Below, piece after piece: positions 16,277-19,676 of a stretch of 19,676 nt of DNA; position 1 is the first letter of the stretch; every line of letters begins with the position of its first letter. The position numbers and the translations under genes were made by a program. The notes beneath the pieces are model-generated. The model saw only the letters and a program-made list of their open reading frames with translations, searched no databases and was not told the DNA's origin. The stretch comes from Promethearchaeota archaeon. GTDB taxonomy: Archaea > Asgardarchaeota > Lokiarchaeia > Sigyniarchaeales > SOKP01. The stretch is taken from assembly GCA_048941015.1 (NCBI GenBank), contig JBHLNZ010000055.1, forward strand, positions 1 through 19,676. The letters are read 5' to 3'.

Positions 16277-18253
16277 ATGAGTGAAGAAAAGCCTAGGGAA
16301 TTAATCTATGTAGAGGAACTTATTAATGAGGGAAAGCATGATAAGGCACTCCAACTTATAGATGAATTTGAAAATAATAAAGATAACTCGGAATATGAGC
16401 TCTTATTATGTCTTCTACTTAAGAGTAAGCTTTTTCGCCAACATGGTCTAGATAAAAATGTAATCGAGTATACTAAACAAGTTTATAAAAAGAGTTTAGG
16501 AATAGGTAAATTTCTACTTGCAGTTGACGCCCTAAATTTGATGACCACATCATTAATAACTCTTAAACAATTAGATGAAGCTATTGTCATAATTGAACAG
16601 GCAGAAAACTTACTGAAAACTTTAACAAATGAGTTACCAAGAATATATAAACAACGAGAAGCGACAATTTTTTTTAATAGAGGGTTTCTAAATGATACTA
16701 AACATGATCTAGACTTAGCAATAGAATATTATGAGCGGAGTATAAAATTACGAGAAGAGATTGGTAAAAAAGATCAGCTTTCTTTATCACTCTCGCTACT
16801 TGCTTTTATCTTTGGTTTTTTTAAAAAGGAACCAAATCACGGTTTAAAATTAGCTAAGCGTGCTTTAGCTCTTGCTAAGCAGAGCAGAAGGAAATTTGCG
16901 ATAGCATTTGCTTTAATGGTTATGGGCTCAATTTATGGTTATAAGGGTGAAATAGATATAGCTATTAAACTGTTTGAGCAAAGTATAGCTATTAGCAAGG
17001 AAATTAAGAGTAAAAGACTTTTATCTGTGAGTTATAACAATTTTTCATACCTCCTAAGAATGAAAGGTGATCTAAATAATGCTTTAGAATGTATAAAAAA
17101 AGCGTTAGCAATCAGTACCGAGATTGAATTTTTACCAGGTATTGTTAGTAATCATGACTTCTTAATTCAAATTTTAATTGAAATGGGGGATCTTGAAAAA
17201 GCACAACAATATCTTGTTCGGTGGAAAGAGTTAAATAAAATATTGAAAGATAAAAAAACTGAGTTAGTTATTAAATATGATAAAGCTTTAATTTTAAAAA
17301 ATACACCAGGAATTCAGAATAGGGCTAAGGCTGAAGATATCTTAAAGAAAATCCTCGATGATAAAGACTCTGATGTTGAAATTCTATTAGGGGTTTTGAT
17401 AAACCTATGTGATTTGCTCTTAATTGAATTACGTGTTACGAATGATTCGAGTGTATTAAGAGAAATAGAGGATATCATTGCTAAATTATTGAATTTTGCT
17501 GAAAAGACACATTCATATTGGATTCTAGGGGAGACATATCTTTTTCAAGCAAAATTAGCTTTAATATCACTAGATTTTTATAAAGCTCGAATGTTATTAA
17601 CTAATGGCCAAAAGATTGCTGAGAAACATGGATTAACGCTATTAGCAAGAAAAATTTCGATTGAACATGATTTATTAATAAAAAATTTAATGATATGGGA
17701 GAATTTAAAAGACTCTAAGACATCCATATCTGAACGTATGGAATTGGCTCGGTTAAACGAACAAATTAGATCAATGATAAATAAAAAAAAGGTCGTTGAG
17801 CTTCCAGAGATTTCTAATGAAGAATCGGTTGTACTTTTAATCATATCAGAAGGAGGTAAACCAGTTTTCTCGCATTCATTTCAGGATGAGTGGTCATTTC
17901 AAGATCATCTTTTTGGGAGCTTTTTAACAGCTATTAATTCTTTTTGTGATGAGTTATTTTCTAAAGGGCTTGAACGTGCTATTTTTGGTGAATATACTCT
18001 GCTAATGAAATCTGTTTCACCTTTCTTGGTATGCTATTTGTTTGTGGGTCAATCATATTATGCTGAACAAAGAATAACATACTTTATTGAAAATATTCAA
18101 AGAAATAAGGAATTATGGGAAAAGATTGCAAAGTATTATAAATCGAGTCAAACTGCTCAACTAAAAGACTTACCCTCTCTGGAACCGCTTATTACAAACC
18201 TTTTCATTAATAAAAATATTCAATTTGAAGAAAAAGAATTATTGATTCAATGA
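16277..18253 (+). CDS. Tetratricopeptide-repeat protein with C-terminal longin-like domain
   Basis: TPR-like repeats (DLDLAIEYYERSIKL, GEIDIAIKLFEQSIAI, GDLNNALECIKKALAI); C-terminal LLIISEGGKPVFSHSF...LFGSFLTAINSFCDELF resembles a longin fold. Confidence 0.8.
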   Translation: MSEEKPRELIYVEELINEGKHDKALQLIDEFENNKDNSEYELLLCLLLKSKLFRQHGLDKNVIEYTKQVYKKSLGIGKFLLAVDALNLMTTSLITLKQLDEAIVIIEQAENLLKTLTNELPRIYKQREATIFFNRGFLNDTKHDLDLAIEYYERSIKLREEIGKKDQLSLSLSLLAFIFGFFKKEPNHGLKLAKRALALAKQSRRKFAIAFALMVMGSIYGYKGEIDIAIKLFEQSIAISKEIKSKRLLSVSYNNFSYLLRMKGDLNNALECIKKALAISTEIEFLPGIVSNHDFLIQILIEMGDLEKAQQYLVRWKELNKILKDKKTELVIKYDKALILKNTPGIQNRAKAEDILKKILDDKDSDVEILLGVLINLCDLLLIELRVTNDSSVLREIEDIIAKLLNFAEKTHSYWILGETYLFQAKLALISLDFYKARMLLTNGQKIAEKHGLTLLARKISIEHDLLIKNLMIWENLKDSKTSISERMELARLNEQIRSMINKKKVVELPEISNEESVVLLIISEGGKPVFSHSFQDEWSFQDHLFGSFLTAINSFCDELFSKGLERAIFGEYTLLMKSVSPFLVCYLFVGQSYYAEQRITYFIENIQRNKELWEKIAKYYKSSQTAQLKDLPSLEPLITNLFINKNIQFEEKELLIQ

Positions 18254-18261
18254 TTAAGAGA

Positions 18262-19380
18262 TTACGGTAGTACTCTTTCTTTTTCGTGAAATTCATTGAT
18301 AATTATTTCTAAAGTTTTAATTCTGTTTTCGAGCATATCAATTTTCTTGTAATTATTTGATATAATTTTTCTTATAAATTTATTTTCTGAAATGGTAAAT
18401 GCTCCTGCTTTTCTTTTAAAGAATTTAAACCTTCGATATGGATCTGAATGTTTTAAAAGATTTTGACGAATTGCCCACCTGCCTATTGAGATAAAGTATC
18501 TTTTTGATCCAATTTTGTGTCTCACTTCATTATAATAATCCTCAAGAGTATGTCTCTGGTACTTTAAAAGACTTTGAGATCTTGAAGTGTCCATAAAACC
18601 GCAATGGAAATTTTTTCGCTCAAATGCTTGTTTGGGTAAAAAATCTCTACCTAAACCAAATATTTCCATCATATTGTTAAGATATACATCATATGTGGTT
18701 CTGCATCGTTTTCCTCCTGCAATATGAAAGATTTCTCCCCAAATTTCATTACATTCAATTGCATTTACCAGCGCATATCCAACATCTTTTGTATCACAAA
18801 TTTCAATGCATGTATCCAATGGCATGTGGAACATTAATGGATCCATATTTAATTTATCAGTAGATGTTATGTAAGTCAGACGGAAAGTAGCAAAATCTAA
18901 GCCTGAAGATTTGATCATTTCTTCCGCTTTAATTTTTGTAATCGCATAGAAATCCCCCTTACTTGGATTAAGAGGATCAGTAATCTTGATCATAGGATTT
19001 GATCTTCTATCACCATATACCGCAATAGATGATGTGAATATTAATTTAGGTTTATGCTTCTGCTTTTTCATAACATTCAATAGATTCAATGTCCCCCCAA
19101 TATTTACAGCTTCAGCTAATTCGGGATGCATATCAGCTAAAGGAGGAATGATAGCTGCTAAATGAATAATTATATCCTGATTGTTAACTGCGGTTTCTAC
19201 CTGCTCCTTGTTTCTTATATCTCCCCAAATAATTTCTATCTTTTCTTTAAATTGCTTCGCAATTTTTTTATTTTTCCGATTTTTTATTTCAAAAACCGTG
19301 ATTTCATGTTTTCTATTTAATAACTCTCTTAATGTACTTATACCAACATTCCCAAAAGCTCCAGTAAGTAGAATCTTCAT
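18262..19380 (-). CDS. NAD-dependent epimerase/dehydratase (extended SDR) family protein
   Basis: TGAFGNVG Rossmann motif, IIHLAA, VNIGGT, FTSSIAVYG, YAITK catalytic motif. Confidence 0.9.
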   Translation of the reverse strand: MKILLTGAFGNVGISTLRELLNRKHEITVFEIKNRKNKKIAKQFKEKIEIIWGDIRNKEQVETAVNNQDIIIHLAAIIPPLADMHPELAEAVNIGGTLNLLNVMKKQKHKPKLIFTSSIAVYGDRRSNPMIKITDPLNPSKGDFYAITKIKAEEMIKSSGLDFATFRLTYITSTDKLNMDPLMFHMPLDTCIEICDTKDVGYALVNAIECNEIWGEIFHIAGGKRCRTTYDVYLNNMMEIFGLGRDFLPKQAFERKNFHCGFMDTSRSQSLLKYQRHTLEDYYNEVRHKIGSKRYFISIGRWAIRQNLLKHSDPYRRFKFFKRKAGAFTISENKFIRKIISNNYKKIDMLENRIKTLEIIINEFHEKERVLP

Positions 19381-19553
19381 TCCTTAATCTCCTTTTTTAT
19401 TTATTATAAAATTTTTGACTTTAAAATCAATATATTCCCTATAAAAATAAAATGAATATATACTAAATAGTGAAATGGTAGTGATCACGCAAAATATATA
19501 TTAGAAATAAGATTACATTAATAACTTAAAAATTCTATTTAAGGTAATTTAAA

Positions 19554-19676
19554 ATGAAAGTAGTCCGATTACAGATATCCGGTAATTTCTTGAATTATGT
19601 AGGATTTTCTCAATTATTTGAAGAGTTAGAATTTGTAGAAATTTTAAATGCTTTTCAATATGACCAAACCCATTTT
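19554..19676 (+). CDS. Partial ORF running off the window end (N-terminus of an unknown protein, possibly a regulator divergent from the SDR gene)
   Basis: ATG 19554 preceded by AAGGT; MKVVRLQISGNFLNYVGFSQLFEELEFVEILNAFQYDQTHF open to the end. Confidence 0.55.
   Translation, partial: MKVVRLQISGNFLNYVGFSQLFEELEFVEILNAFQYDQTHF

Noticed and set aside
905-19387. Short antisense or alternate-frame ORFs in the track (905-1171, 2421-2609, 3815-4084, 5825-6034, 8738-9040, 9767-9955, 11232-11423, 11435-11677, 13915-14139, 13937-14185, 14758-14940, 14838-15092, 15311-15532, 17578-17844, 19181-19387)
   Set aside because: They overlap well-supported genes and show no recognisable motifs.

Overview
AT-rich archaeal DNA, most likely an Asgard archaeon (Lokiarchaeia; inferred from the TPR+longin-like gene, the RHH-HisKA-REC regulator and the eukaryote-type SECIS). 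The core is a ~14.4 kb minus-strand redox cluster that the ORF track fragments. In order: a 646-aa HdrA with three in-frame UGA codons at conserved Cys positions (15816-13876); a 150-aa MvhD/VhuD with two in-frame UGAs, missing from the track (13868-13416); one eukaryote-like SECIS hairpin right after the mvhD stop; two FrhB/FdhB-family (F420-binding) subunits, the first with an N-terminal helical/winged-helix extension; an HdrD-like protein whose 2x[4Fe-4S] domain lies upstream of any canonical start (probable AUA start); a 1028-aa tandem HdrA; and a Cys-type MvhD. These are followed by an RHH/degenerate-HisKA/receiver regulator, an intergenic array of TGATC-N6-GATCA sites, and a duplicate tandem HdrA that has lost one Fe-S domain. 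The cluster has no hydrogenase or formate dehydrogenase catalytic subunit, suggesting a selenium-rich F420-linked flavin-bifurcating complex. Flanks: an MFS transporter, a TPR/longin-like protein, an NAD-dependent epimerase/dehydratase and a partial ORF at the right edge.
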